Origin: Octopus sinensis
Taxonomy: Eukaryota
Direction: 5' to 3'
Assembly (NCBI RefSeq): GCF_006345805.1
Contig: NC_043009.1
Coordinates: 42,284,001-42,348,000 of the forward strand
DNA: 64,000 nucleotides
The position numbers were made by a program, and so were the translations under genes. How positions within the stretch are numbered: the first letter of the stretch is position 1; each line of letters starts with the position of its first letter. Of the stretch, positions 12,577 to 26,003 are shown piece by piece. The notes beneath the pieces are model-generated. The model had not been told where the DNA came from, made no database searches, and saw nothing but the letters and a program-made list of their open reading frames with translations.

Positions 12577-13423
12577 TACATACATACATATATATGGCTG
12601 GCTTCTATCAGTTTCTGTCTACTAAATCCACACATAAGGCTCTGGTTAGATTGAGGCTATAGTAGAAGACATTTGCCAAAGGTGTCATGCAGTGGGACAG
12701 GATCCAGAACCATGTGCATCAGGGAGGAACAAACAGACACAAAGATGTACACACACACACACACACTTTTTGCTTTTACAGTTAGGTGTGTAACTATTAC
12801 TGTATGAGTGTACTCCAAGTAGATTTTTGTTATCCAATGGACTTCCAGTATAGTGGTTAGTATACAATGATACTTATAGTATATACCAAACACTATACTT
12901 AGCAGTGTTTCTAGTTATGATATACAGAGCATATATAGTGGGAAAATCATGATAAATACCACTAAGAATATTAGGATATTAGATCTCTATAACAGATTGC
13001 AATAAAGTGTTTCCCTGATGATCTATTGCAGTTAGGCATCCAAATCCACTTGGAATATCCAATGATAAGTTCCAAATAAGTATAATGGTGAAACATATGT
13101 AAGAGCCAAACATTTATAATAGTGTTTATCTTAATTTTGTATATATAATTATGAGAGGCTTCCATACAGTTTCTGTCAACCAAATTCACTGACAAGGCAT
13201 TGGTTGATCTGGAGCTATAGAAGATATTTGCTCAAGATACCATACAGTGAGACTGAACCCCAAACCACATATCTGCAAAGAGAACTTCTTAACCACAAAG
13301 CCATACCTATGCCTACATATATAATTTATATATATATATATAATTAATTAATAATATCAAGGTAATAAAAAATTTTAGAAATTTTTGCTGGCCTCATTGT
13401 TTGTATATTTAATCTATGGCGTC

Positions 13424-13496
13424 CCTGTTGATAATGACTTCGCCTGGTGAATAATAATTTTTATTTACTAAATTAAGTCAGAAACCATGGTCCAGG
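13424..13496 (+). ncRNA. Type-I hammerhead, U3-A8 core variant
   Basis: cctg-TTGATAA-tgactt...aagtca-GAAA-ccatgg-TC-cagg. Confidence 0.75.
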
Positions 13497-14104
13497 AATT
13501 AGTTGGTAAATGTTCTTATTTTTTGTTTCCTTCAAGAATTTATCCCTAATTAATGGTTTGGACTTTAACTGTTCTTTCTAGCGTAAAGGATTCCTATGAT
13601 GGAAGCCTCTTAATGTGTTTAATGTACACTGTATTATAATATATATAATATATATATATATATAATATATATTATATATATATAAGTAGTAGAAGATTAA
13701 ATTAACCCCAGTACATTCCTGATATTTTGTTCACTGGTATTAGAAGGATATTAATATAATGTCTCTTAAGGTAGGATAAAAACTCAGGATGTAAGAGTTC
13801 TTATATAAAATGCCATAAAGCACTTTAGTCAATCATATAACTATCTCTGTCGTTCCATCACCTAATAATTATGAATAAAACTGGTGAAGCCATGCAATCT
13901 CATATAAAGTTTCACCTCATCTAAATATTTTCATATTCATTTATGTATTTATTTATTTATTGTGACTATTTTGCTCATGATGTGAGCAGATAGGATTTTG
14001 GCCTTCATTACAGAAATAGTTAGTTAACCTGAAACTCAAAATTACTAAGCAAATGTATGTATTAAGGTGTATTTAGAAAGCCCTTACTTCTTTCTAATAC
14101 CTTA

Positions 14105-14380
14105 GCACCACCACTGCCACTGTCACCTCTACCACTCTAGAACCACCTCCCATCACCACCACAACTATCAACAGCACTACCACCTTCGCCACCACCACTA
14201 CCACCTTCACTACCACCACTACTACCACCTTCACCACCACCACCATTACAAAAACCACTATCACCAACTATTCCTTCACCACCTCCACCTCCACTGCCAA
14301 CCATTATAAGCATCACCACCACAACCAACAACAGTAAAAACATCTCTACCTCCAACACCACCACTTCTACAGCCAGCATT
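14105..14380. repeat. Imperfect (CCA)n low-complexity tract
   Basis: Visible ACC/CCA reiteration. Confidence 0.85.
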
Positions 14381-14629
14381 ACTTACCCTAGTGCTATGCA
14401 CCCCTTAATATCAGCAAATATGTGGTATGTACCCTGGTACGGTTTCTGAGTGGATATTTCAACTTGAACATTTATAGCTTTGTGTGTGGAATTAAAAAGC
14501 AATTAGAAATTGTTTATAGCTTTCTTATTCTCCAGCTAATGTTTCATGGAGTAAAAACTGGGAAATAGAAAAATAATAACAAATATTCTGCTACCGAAGA
14601 GTGTTGCCATTGTCATTATTAGCATGAGA

Positions 14630-15305
14630 CTGGAAGATTGGCCGAGTGGTTAGAACAGGGGACAAAATGCTCAGTAATATTTCTTCTAGTACTTTACATT
14701 CTAATTTCAAATCCTGCTGAGATCAACTTTACTTTTCAATCCTCCAGGGTCTATAAAACAGAAAAATGAGACTCAAGTACTGAAGTCGATGACAATGAGT
14801 AACCTGCACCATTTGAAACTGCTGGGTAGGCACTGGCAGGGCTGTGTAGTAAAGCAGCATACTTCTCAGTCATATGGTTTGGGGTTCAGTCCTATAGCAT
14901 GGCACCTGGGACGAGTGTCTTCTACTATAAGCCCCAGCTCAACTAAAGCTTTGTGAGCTGATTAGGTAGACAGAAAGTGAAAGAAGCCTATTCGGCATAT
15001 ATAAGCTTGCTTCCCAAACACATGATTCCAGGTTCAGTTCTACTGCATGGCACCTTGGCAAGTGTCTTTTACTATAGTCCCAGGCTGACCAAAACTTTGT
15101 GAGTGGATTTTGTAAATGGAAACTGAAAGAAACCCATCGTAGGCTGCAACAGGCTCCAATCTGATCTGGCAAAGTTTCTACAGTTAGATGCCCTTCCTAA
15201 TGCCAACCACTCCGAGAGTGTAGTGGGTGCTTTTTACATACGACTGGCATGGGAGCCAGACAGGAGGCACTGGCATCAACCATGTTCGGATGGTGCTTTT
15301 TTACA
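14630..15305. mobile_element. Cluster of diverged SINE fragments (SINE-B, two SINE-A heads, SINE-D tail)
   Basis: Family motifs at ~14630-14830, ~14825-14990, ~15003-15142 and ~15140-15305. Confidence 0.65.
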
Positions 15306-15324
15306 TGATATATATATATATATA

Positions 15325-16764
15325 TCATCATCATCATCATCATCGTTTAACGTCCGTTTTCCGCGCTAGCACGGGTTGGACGGTTTGACCGGGGTCTGGG
15401 GAGCCAGGGGCTGCCCCAGGCTCCAGTCTGATCGGGCAGTGTTTCTACAGCTGGATGCCCTTCCTAACGCCAACCACTCCGCGAGTGTAGTGGGTGCTTT
15501 TTACGTGCCACCTGCACAGGTGCCAGAGGGGTCTGGCATCGGCCACGATCGGTTATTGCCTTTTTTTCGTTGCATTGCGGCAGGGGGGAGGGTTCCGGCA
15601 GAGAGAAGAGAGGGAGAGAGAGTGGGGGGTGCATGTACTATAGGGGAGCACCAGTGGGGAAGGTTTTGGGTAAAGAGAAACGATGACAGGTAGGGTTGGT
15701 GGCAGGTTCTAGACAGAATGAAAAGTAGGAAGTAAAACGTAGGATATCACGAGTGGGGGAGGGGGCTGGAAGGAGATAACCGGTTGAGGCAGTGACACAT
15801 TTCAAAACAGGAGGAACATAAGATAACAGGTTAAGTGGGACGTTTGATGAGCTGCGGCGCTAGCTGCTTCTGTCCAGGGGGAGAGAGGCAGGGGTAAATA
15901 CATAGTGAGAAAGTATATTGAGGAGGAGGGGTAGGAGGAACAGACACACGTAGTGGTGGCGGTGGTAGAGGGGATATCCGGTGAGGATGGTGTAAACAGA
16001 GTGTTCTCCAGTATGGGTGGTGGGGGTGGGAGGGCGGGCGAACCGCGAATGGCGGGCTGCGAAGATTTTCATTGGGGACAGTAGTGATAAAGACTTAAGC
16101 AATCGGGGTTTGAAGAAATGAACAGAGTAACGAACGAATTAACTTGGTACCGAGGGGTTAAACAAATTAAAGGGATATATTTTAAGAACAAGCAGAATTA
16201 GTGAATAGATTCGAACATTAAGGGTTAGCGGCAAATGTATGTGTGTAGTACAAGAGTCGGAAGAAATGAAATGAGAATTCTTAGCTTGCTTGCTATGATC
16301 ATCGCTGTGTGGTCAAGAAGGGTGAATGAAAGAGAAGCACACGAGGTGATTATTTATATAGGTTCACCGGAAGTGGGTTGGAAAGACGGAAGTTTTGATT
16401 GAAGACAGGACAGTACAGTAATGGCGGAGGACGAACGAAATATCTTCATACCGAGGCATTTTTTAAAAATTAAAGAATTTTGAGGAGGAAAGATCACGCA
16501 GGTTAGCGAATGGCGGGCTGCGAAGATTTTGATTGGGGACAGTAGTGATAAAGACTTAAGCAATCGGGGTTTGAAGAAATGAACAGAGTAACGAACGAAT
16601 TAACTTGGTACCGAGGGGTTAAACAAATTAATGGGTTATATTTTAAGAACAAGCAGAATTAGTGAATAGATTCGAACATTTAAGGGTTAGCGGCAAATAT
16701 ATGTGTGTAGTACAAGAGTCGGAAGAAATAAAATGAGAATTCTTAGCTTGCTTGCTATGATCAT
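15325..16764 (-). mobile_element. Non-autonomous retroposon: tandem 5' monomers, GC-rich body, SINE-D/RTE-type tail ending in (GAT)n
   Basis: Direct repeats 16045-16302 and 16506-16764. Minus-strand 3' end ggttggcgttaggaagggcatccagctgtagaaa...aaccgtccaacccgtgctagc..ggacgttaaacgatgatgatg. CpGs are largely intact. Confidence 0.6.
16324..16374 (-). promoter_or_regulatory. Candidate Pol II core promoter (ETS site, TATA, Inr)
   Basis: Minus strand acttccgg-tgaacc-TATATAAA...TCATTC. TATAAA starts 31 nt upstream of the Inr A at 16327. Confidence 0.55.
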
Positions 16765-16902
16765 ATATTTATATACCGGAGTAAACACATAAATGTGAAA
16801 CAAGGTGGAAAAAGAGTACTCAAATACCAGTGGTAGAGTAATATGCTTTATTTAAAGCAGCAGTTGCTGTTTGTTGAATTTTCTGCTGCTTTAAATAAAG
16901 TA

Positions 16903-16955
<53 letters not shown>

Positions 16956-17014
16956 CTGCGTGTGTATCATTGTCAATTTTCTTTCTCTGTCTTCCCTTCT
17001 TGGACCTTTTCTAT

Positions 17015-17049
17015 ATTTCTGATGAAGAGCTCCGCTCGAAACATGAAAT
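17015..17049 (+). ncRNA. Decayed minimal hammerhead in a pLTR-like fragment (~16955-17150)
   Basis: attt-CTGATGA-a-gagc tcc gctc-GAAA-ca-TG-aaat. The cleavage triplet is mutated. Confidence 0.65.
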
Positions 17050-17160
17050 GCTCTTTCTTTTCTTTCCTTTCCTGAGTGTCCAATAACACAGTACATGTTC
17101 CACATTCTCACATTGTTTTTTCTTGCTTGTTCTTGTTGGGATTGCCTATATATATATATA

Positions 17161-17342
17161 TAGGTGGCATGTAAAAAGCACCCACTACACTCACGGAGTG
17201 GTTGGCGTTAGGAAGGGCATCCAGCTGTAGAAACATTGCCAGATAAAACTGGAGCCTGGTGCAGCCTTCTGGCTTCCCAGATCCCCGGTCGAACCGTACA
17301 ACCCATGCTAGCAGTGAGAATGGACGTTAAACGATGATGATA
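17161..17342 (+). mobile_element. SINE-D 3' part (ggaagggcatccagctgtagaaa domain and RTE-like tail)
   Basis: Matches 15325-15555 and 23340-23567; ends in gatgatga. Confidence 0.8.
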
Positions 17343-18050
17343 TAGATATATACATATGACAGGCTACTTTCAGTTTCTTTCTACCAAATCCACTAACAAG
17401 TCTTTGATTAGCTTGAGGCTATAGTAGTCTCAAGGTCTTAAGGTGCCACATAGTGGGACTGAACTCTGAATCATATGGTTGGGCAGCAAGAATCTTGCTA
17501 CAGAGCCACATACATACATAAATTTATAGGTGCCTGTGTATGTGTGCATGTGTGTTTTTGTGTGTGTATGCTTACATATATGTATGCATGTGTGTGCATA
17601 CATATATGTGTGTATGTGCATACATATATATGCATATGTGATTCCACTAAATGCCATTTAAGTCAAGGAATATTCATAATAGCCTTAGGCTATCCAATGA
17701 GACATTGGAGTGAAACTGGGGTAGATGAAAGCTGTGAGTTTGAACCTACAATTAGATCATGGTTTCAAACCAAACATCCTAACCACATAACCATGCTTAT
17801 AGCTAGATGCATGAGTGTGTCTGAGAGAATGTGTGCACTTGTAACTTGCATATATCTGTGTGTATGTATGTGTATGTGTGTGTATATGTGTGTGTATCTG
17901 TGTGGGAGGTTTTGCTTTATACCTGTATCGGTTTCACTCCCACACGAATAATTCTATAATTAATATGACTAATAACCATATTTTGGTTAGTAAAGTCTTT
18001 GGTTCACATTCTACCTGACTATGCATTACATTCATACATATTAGCGTGTA

Positions 18051-18102
<52 letters not shown>

Positions 18103-18168
18103 TGAGTTTAAGTATATATATATATATGTGTATATATATATATATATATACACACACATGAGTTTAAG

Positions 18169-18227
<59 letters not shown>

Positions 18228-18881
18228 GTATATGTGTGTGCATGTATTATACATATGTGCCTGTATATATGTGTGTGTGTGTGTATGTGTGTAAAGAAAT
18301 AATATATGTTATGCACACAGATATGATATTTATGCTTGCATTTTGAATGCAATGTTACGGGGAGGTAAAATAGAGAAGAAAATTGTGTGAGGGGCAGGAG
18401 CAGTGAAAATGTCTTGGCTGGATATTAATATGAATTTGTTGTCATGTGATAGTCATAAACATCGTATCACTTGTTATACAGACGAGATTTTAATCTCTGC
18501 ACCTCAATGAATTGCTATGCGTCTTAATAAAGCTTTTGCTATACAAATGCACACATACATATATATATTCATACACACACACATTATCACATATATATAT
18601 ATATATATACATACATATATGTGTGTGTATGTATGTATGTATACATACACATGTATTATGTATATGTGTGTGCGCATATTTATCATCTATATATATATAT
18701 CTTTGCCAGTCTATGTATTTATCTGTGCGTGTGAATGTGTGTGTGTGTGTGTGTCCGTGTGTGTGTGTGTATGTGTCTGTGTGTGTGAGTAAATATATGA
18801 GTGCTTTCGTATATGCTCTCAAATTTCTTATTTCTCTAAAGGTATGTGGGTGTATATGTATTATATATCAATTATCTGGTG

Positions 18882-18915
<34 letters not shown>

Positions 18916-18919
18916 AATT

Positions 18920-18987
<68 letters not shown>

Positions 18988-19140
18988 ACATACACACATA
19001 TATGCTGATACATATACATATAGGTATATATATACATACACACATATGCCTGTATATTCATATACATGCATAAACACATGCACACGCATACATTTGTGCA
19101 CGCGTATTCATATAGGCATATTACATTTGCTGGATATCCA

Positions 19141-19174
<34 letters not shown>

Positions 19175-20257
19175 ACACATGAGCATGAATGTATCTGTAT
19201 ATCAATATCAGCTCTTATGATTTTATACATGTATGCATAAATGTGCACCTATGTGTAACTTTTGTGTGCATGTGAGAGCATATGAGTATATTTATGTCAT
19301 TGTATACATATCTCTCCTTGCACATGCATACAAACGTTTTATCATCTTCCTCCTCCACCTCTTCATCATCCTCCTCCTCCTCCTCTTTATCATCATCACC
19401 ATCATCATCAGTTTTAATATTTGTATATACTTAGAGATGAATCGGTTAAGATAAAATTAGATACTGCCATAAATTTCGGGAGAGATGCTTAGGGAACCAC
19501 AGCTTTGATGCAAAAATAATAATTATTTCATTTGAATAAAGCCCGATATGAGAAGATTGTAGTTAAAGTTTTATAGCAGCATATTTAAATAATATATGTA
19601 GCAATGAAGAAACAGTAATAATGTCACATAAGACTTTGATAATAGCCATAAATAATCATTGAAAATATTGAGAAATATACCAGTAACAATAAATATATCA
19701 AATATTTCTTGTTCGTTTTTATCCATGGTCCATTATGATTATCATTATTATTATTATTATCGCTATTATTATTATTATTATTGCTTTATCTTTTTTCTAA
19801 ATGTTTTGTCGTTGATGTTGATATTCAATTATAATTATATAATTAAGCTGTAATACATGCTTATATATCTATGTAAGTATGTATGTATGTACGTATGTAT
19901 ATATGTATAATTCCACATGAGAAATTACTAAGCTTGGTGATTTATATTTATTTATTTATAAAAAAAAAGATAAAGATATTTGAGAAAGTTAAGAAAAATA
20001 TTAAATAGGAATATTGTATATTCAATAAAATATTATTGTAAATTTAATGTGTGTGGAAGGAAAATATTATTAATAAGAAAAATGAATAGAAATTAGAAAA
20101 ACAACAACAAATGTAAGTGTTAGTGTATGTGTGTACATATGCATATATGTGTGTATGTGTATATGTGTGTGTGTATATATGTATATATGTGTGTATATAT
20201 ATATATTCAGGAAATGCCTCAATAATTGCATTGCCTTTTATATTGTCATTTGTTTAG

Positions 20258-20301
<44 letters not shown>

Positions 20302-20441
20302 TAAATTATATATTCACTTGTAATAATTTCAATTTAATCAACACAAATTCCATATAATAAATGCATGAAGCACACTGCCCTGTTTTTTATACATATGTAG
20401 GAATATATATATTTATGCATGTATGTACCAATGTATATGTA

Positions 20442-20486
<45 letters not shown>

Positions 20487-21144
20487 AAATGTATGTATGC
20501 ATGTGTGTAACTGTATGTCAATGTATGCATGAATAAATTAACTCTGGGTTCATTTTCTAGGCCAGTATGTACTGGATAGGTCTGATAATAACTTTACCAC
20601 CAGAGATTTGTTCACAGACATGAGTGTGCATGCATGTGTATGAAACAGACAGACAGACTGAAAAGGACAAGGAGAGAGAGAGAGAGAGATACAGACAGAC
20701 AGAAAGGGGCAGAGAAACAGAGACAGACTGATAGAATATATTGTGTATTATATGTTTAATTACATGTTATGTTTTTGTGATTGTGTCTTTTATTTGGTCG
20801 AAGCAAACACTGGAATAAGCTCAGTGTTGATCTTGTTTCTAAAATAAATGTAATTATTATAATTCCTTAACTATACTTTGCTATACATTTGTGCAAATTC
20901 TTTTTGATAAGCCAAACAGTCACCAAAATCACTTTCGAAAATATGTTTCCTGCCATCTGATATCATGATCCACAGCATTTAGTTATGCTAAATTGCTTAT
21001 GGGTTCAAATCTCACTGAATTCTACTTTGGCAACTCCCAAAAAAACAGAGACTCTTGTAATAGTGATAGAAAAGTGGTTGAGAGGAGAGGACTTATTTGT
21101 CGGCCAGAATTTGGAAAATGTCTGTGAATGATTTTCTGCAAATC

Positions 21145-21304
21145 AGGTGCAGATGTGGCTGTGTGATAAGAAGCTTACTTCTCAACCACATAGCTCCAGG
21201 TTCAGTCCCATGCATGGCATTCTGGTCAAGTGTCTTCTACTATAGCTTCAGGCTGACCAAAGTTCTGTGATTGGATTTGATGGACAGTAACTGAAAGAAG
21301 CCTG

Positions 21305-21349
<45 letters not shown>

Positions 21350-21610
21350 TCTCTATATATATATGTATGGATGTATATATTTATGTGTGTGTCTTTGTGT
21401 CTGTGTTTGTCTCCCACCCGCCATTGTTTGACAACCGATGTCAGTGTGTTTGCATCTCCATAACCTAGCAGTTCAGCAAAAGAGATAGATAAAATAATTA
21501 CTTGGCTTACAAAGAATAAGTCCTTGGGGTCAATTTCTTCAACTAAAAATCCCTTAAGGTTATGCTCCAGCATGGCCGCAGTCAAATGACTGAAAAAAGT
21601 AAAAGAATAA
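21145..21610 (+). mobile_element. SINE-A, full length
   Basis: Head, (TA)n spacer and tail present. Confidence 0.85.
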
Positions 21611-21699
21611 ATCAGTCAAGTGACTTTCTTTGTATGCACTCTGGAAGAGAGCATGCATTCTATAGTTAAAATTCTAACAAAATATTTGTGTGTTTAAAG

Positions 21700-21979
21700 C
21701 AGGGGTTCCCAAAGTGGGCGATATTGCTCCCTTGGAGCGGTGGAAAAATCCAGGGGGGCATTGCAGAAAAGTGGGATGATATTGGGTTGGGAAAATTGGG
21801 GTGATAGATGTATAAAAAATATTTATAGGTTAATTAGGTTTAAGTTTTATTTGTGAAATTTGAATTTGCTGCAGAAAGAGGTCTATGTTTGTGATGATGA
21901 GTTTAGTGTGTGTGTAGGGGTACTGGGGATGTGTCCTGGGTGCCAAGGGAGCAGCAGCCTGAAAAGCTTGAGAATCCTG
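21700..21979. mobile_element. hAT-type MITE
   Basis: Imperfect TIRs caggggttcccaa / ttgagaatcctg, with a perfect 8-bp TSD gtttaaag at 21692-21699 and 21980-21987. Confidence 0.85.
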
Positions 21980-22109
21980 GTTTAAAGCCTAACTGGTCAT
22001 TTTTTGTCAACAAAAAAAAAAAACCCAGAAAACTATAGAAATTTATTTAGATCACTTAAAAACATGGAATTTGTACCATAATGCACATCATAAATATATC
22101 CTAAGATAT

Positions 22110-22502
22110 AGGCGCAGGAGTGGCTGTGTGGTAAGTAGCTTCTTTATCAACCACATGGCTCTGGGTTCAGTCCCACTGTGTGGCACCTTGGGCAAATGTC
22201 TTCTACTATAGCTTCGGGCTGACCGAAGCCTTGTGAGTGGATTTGATAGATGGAAACTGAAAGAAGCCCATTGTATATATATATGTGTGTGTGTGTGTGT
22301 TTATCCCTCCACTAATGCTTGACAACCAATGCTTGACAACCAATGCTGGTGTTTTTATGACCCCATAACTTAGCGGTTCGGCAAAAGAGACTGATAGAAT
22401 GAGTATTAGGCTTACAAAGAATAAGTCCTGGGTTCGATTTTTTCAACTAAAGATGGTGCTCCAGCATGGCCACAGTCTAACGACTGAAACAATTAAAAGA
22501 AT
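22110..22502 (+). mobile_element. SINE-A, full length
   Basis: Head aggcgcaggagtggctgtgtgg through the tail. Confidence 0.85.
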
Positions 22503-23339
22503 ATATTTACAAAAAAAAAATCCAAAGAAACACAGGGCTGTTACTGATCTGCAGATAGAACAGTAAATCCTGGATCTAATTTATGTTATAACTGACCAAC
22601 TTTGTTTTTGCTTTTAAATTTTGGTATGATTCTTAGTTCTTGAACCATTTCCACTATTTCCTTGTTTCTTCAAACTCAATTTCTGTTCTTCCTCAAATCT
22701 GGGCTACAGCAGCAAAACTTTTCTCCACTAGGTAGGATCATAAAAAGTAATAATAAAAAAAAATATAGGTTGGTTTCATTCCACAGTAAAAGGAAGCTTC
22801 ATATTGCCTTCAGATGAGCCTTGATATTCAAAGATCATCTCTGCTGTTTCATTTCATAACCCAATAATGGCCTCTGGCAATTAAGTCCTTAGTTCTTCTG
22901 TTTTGTGCACAAATTACATTATGGTGTTCCTCAGGCTGGGATCCCTTATAATGTTACTTTTTGTTGAAAGGTGACATGTAGAAATTTCAATAAAGAAAAA
23001 ATGGTTTGTGTTGATGTTTGTAACTGAATAAAACAATTTGATTCTCAGTAATTGTGTTTTGTTATAACAAACCAAATTACAAAACTAGCTGCTGGTTATC
23101 AACAACAAAGATGATTGATATCTTAATTATTCCCATTTCATTTTTTCACTTGTTTAAGCCATTGTACTGCAATCAAGCTGGGCATAACCTTGAAGAGTTT
23201 AGTGAACTAAATCGATCAGAGCACTTGAATTTGTTTTATTGGTTTGTGTTTTGCTGAACTGTTCATTATAGGGACACAAGCAAACCAGCACCATTTGTAA
23301 ATGTGATGGTGAGGTGACAAAGACACACATACACATATA

Positions 23340-23526
23340 ACGTGCTGCTGGTGCCACGTGAAAAGTACCAAGTACCGAGTACATTCTGTAAAGTGGTTGG
23401 CATTAGGAAAGGCATCCAGCCACAAAAATCATGTCTGAGTACACAATGGAACATGGTGTAGTCCTCTGGTTTGCCAGCTCTGGTCAGACCATCCAACACA
23501 TACTAGCATGGGAAACAGACATTATC

Positions 23527-23567
<41 letters not shown>
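23340..23567 (+). mobile_element. SINE-D 3' part with (GAT)n tail
   Basis: Diverged match to 17161-17342. Confidence 0.7.
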
Positions 23568-23569
23568 TG

Positions 23570-23997
23570 CTTCTATTTAGTTGACCATAACCAGTTGAGC
23601 ATGTCCCTTGGTGGCTAATGATGTGTGCATCTCTGATCATGAGCAGAAGTAGTGGGTGGGGGGCATCATAACCATGTGCCGAGAGAGATTCTTTGGAGTT
23701 TGAATAACTCATCTCTGGAAACCTGGGTGCTTCGTTCAACATCCCTTGAAAATAAAACTTATTCAGGAACCTTTTGAGTGGGTTGGGCTACTCGATCTGA
23801 AGAAAATTCTAACTAGGCCCCCCACCTGCAAGACCATCTGCTGTTTATCTTGATATGAGATCACCATGTCACACACATAGGGTTGTGATGCATGTGCCTG
23901 GTGTTCCCTTATCAGACAGGTAGTCAGGATGGGTATACTGGGCTTTGTATATTTGTACCCCTGTGTTGCTTTGATGGCATGTGCTACTCTCTCACTC
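23570..23997 (+). mobile_element. Non-coding repeat family E, ending at (TAA)n
   Basis: Reverse complement of the element at 48949-49788. 3' end ctctctcactc is followed by (AAT)n. Confidence 0.75.
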
Positions 23998-24001
23998 AAT
24001 A

Positions 24002-24067
<66 letters not shown>

Positions 24068-24069
<2 letters not shown>

Positions 24070-24264
24070 CCTTTCTACTAAAGGTACAAGGCCTGAAATT
24101 TGGGGGTTGGGAGAGGGCAAGCCAATTACGTCAAACCTTGTACTTGATTGGTACTTTATTTTGCTAAGCTTGAAAGGATGAGACGCAAGGTAGAACTTGA
24201 CAGCGTTTGAACTCAGTCTAAAGAGCCTTAAAAAATCTCAATAAGCATTTTTGTCCAACACGAA

Positions 24265-24295
<31 letters not shown>

Positions 24296-24318
24296 GTAGC
24301 AGCAGCATCAGCAGCATC

Positions 24319-24364
<46 letters not shown>

Positions 24365-24587
24365 AATAATAATAATGATATATGAGGACAGCAATTTTTG
24401 GGAAAGGGGTATCTCAATTGCATCCCCCCCCTCCAGTGTTCAACTGGTATTTGTTTCATCGCCCCCCCCCCGAAGGATGAAAGGCAAAAGCGAGCTCGGC
24501 GGAATTGGAACTCAGAACTTAAAGACAGCTGAACTGTCACCTAGCATTTTGCCTGGTGTACCAATGATTCTGGCAGCTCACTGCCTT
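24068..24587 (-). mobile_element. Two SINE-B copies separated by (GCA)n(GTA)n
   Basis: aaggatgaaaggcaaa..cga.ctcggcggaatt.gaactcagaac motif. Confidence 0.7.
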
Positions 24588-24597
24588 AATAATAAAG

Positions 24598-24636
<39 letters not shown>

Positions 24637-24679
24637 TTAAAATAATAATAATAATATAATAATAATAATAATAATAATA

Positions 24680-24743
<64 letters not shown>

Positions 24744-25029
24744 TATCCAGCAGGACAACTGAAAAATAACTTTAAAAGACTGGAATATCTACAATTTCCT
24801 ATGAGTATTTTGAATTTCTCTATCTACAGTTTTCGAACACATAAACGATCAGCTTTAAAACCTTTAATATCTACAACTTCTGTGAATATCTATCCTTTCC
24901 TTTTTCCCTGAGTATTCGAAAATGTAAACATCTTCTTTATTCCAAGAACACTACAGTTTTCTCTGTTCGGACAGACAAAAGGTAATCTCCAGTAAATTTT
25001 AAAACCTTAATATCTACAATTTCCTTTTC

Positions 25030-25409
25030 GTAATTATTGGAAAAGAGAGCAAATTATACTGGATCAAAGATATAGCATGCCCAGCTGACAAGGTATGCGA
25101 TAAGGAAGAAAGAAGGGTCGCGAGATAGAAAAGGTTACCTTGGGAGGTTAAGCAGTTGTGGTCGATGAAAAAGGTGGTAGTAGCACCAATAATTGTCGGA
25201 GCCCTGGGAACAGTGAGTAAAAATCTTGAGAAGTACATGGAACAAATATGGGCTGCAATAAGAGTGGAGCACTTGTAGAAGTTAGCACTGCTTGGAACTG
25301 CTTGAATACTCCGGAAGGTGTTAAAAAAATAAGAGGTGTTACTTTAGTTCACTGGTATTGAACAGCTGATACCGTAGTACATCTCCATCGTTAGAAGCTG
25401 TGCAAAGGC

Positions 25410-25410
<1 letters not shown>
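25030..25410 (+). mobile_element. R4/Dong-type non-LTR retrotransposon 3' fragment (decayed RLE endonuclease)
   Basis: Translates ..DIACPAD..WEVKQLWSMKKVVVAPIIVGALGTVSKNLEKY...ALLGTA*ILRKVL and runs directly into (TAA)n. Confidence 0.8.
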
Positions 25411-25496
<86 letters not shown>

Positions 25497-25497
<1 letters not shown>

Positions 25498-25972
25498 TGT
25501 CAATACATTGGGATATGCCAATACACACAGATAGAGAAATTAAGGCCAACAGACCATTTTTTGATATAGTTGTCAGAGATCATGAAGAGAAGAAATGCTT
25601 TTTAATTGATGTATCAATACCAGCAGATGACAACGTTTCTCTAAAAGAAATGGAGAAACTTTCAAAATACAAAGACCTGGAAACAGAGATAACTAGAATG
25701 TGGAATCTAAAAACAGAAACAATTCCTATCATAATAGGTGCATTAGGTATGATAAAAATATATTCAGACAAATACATAACAAAAAACACCAGGACTTACA
25801 AACACATATAACATTCAGAAAATTGCACTACTAGGCACTGCACACATCCTACGCAGAACACTTTCAATACAGTAACCATCAGAGCACCAAAACAAATCAC
25901 AACACATACCCAAGGCACACAGAGCTGCGCTCGGTAGTGAAGTGAAAGCACGCTATAAAAATAAAACTACTG
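25497..25972 (+). mobile_element. R4/Dong-type 3' fragment, copy 1 (PD-(D/E)xK RLE domain)
   Basis: WDMPIHTDREIKANRP..DIVV...LIDVSIPADDNVSLKEMEKLSKYKDL..EITRMW...IPIIIGALG, flanked by (TAA)n on both sides. Confidence 0.88.
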
Positions 25973-26003
25973 AATAATAATAATAAATAATAATAATAAT
26001 AAT

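Noticed and set aside
20540-20570. Possible 4-nt microexon (ttttctag GCCA gtatgt)
   Set aside because: Expected by chance in 64 kb, and there is no host gene context or transcript evidence.
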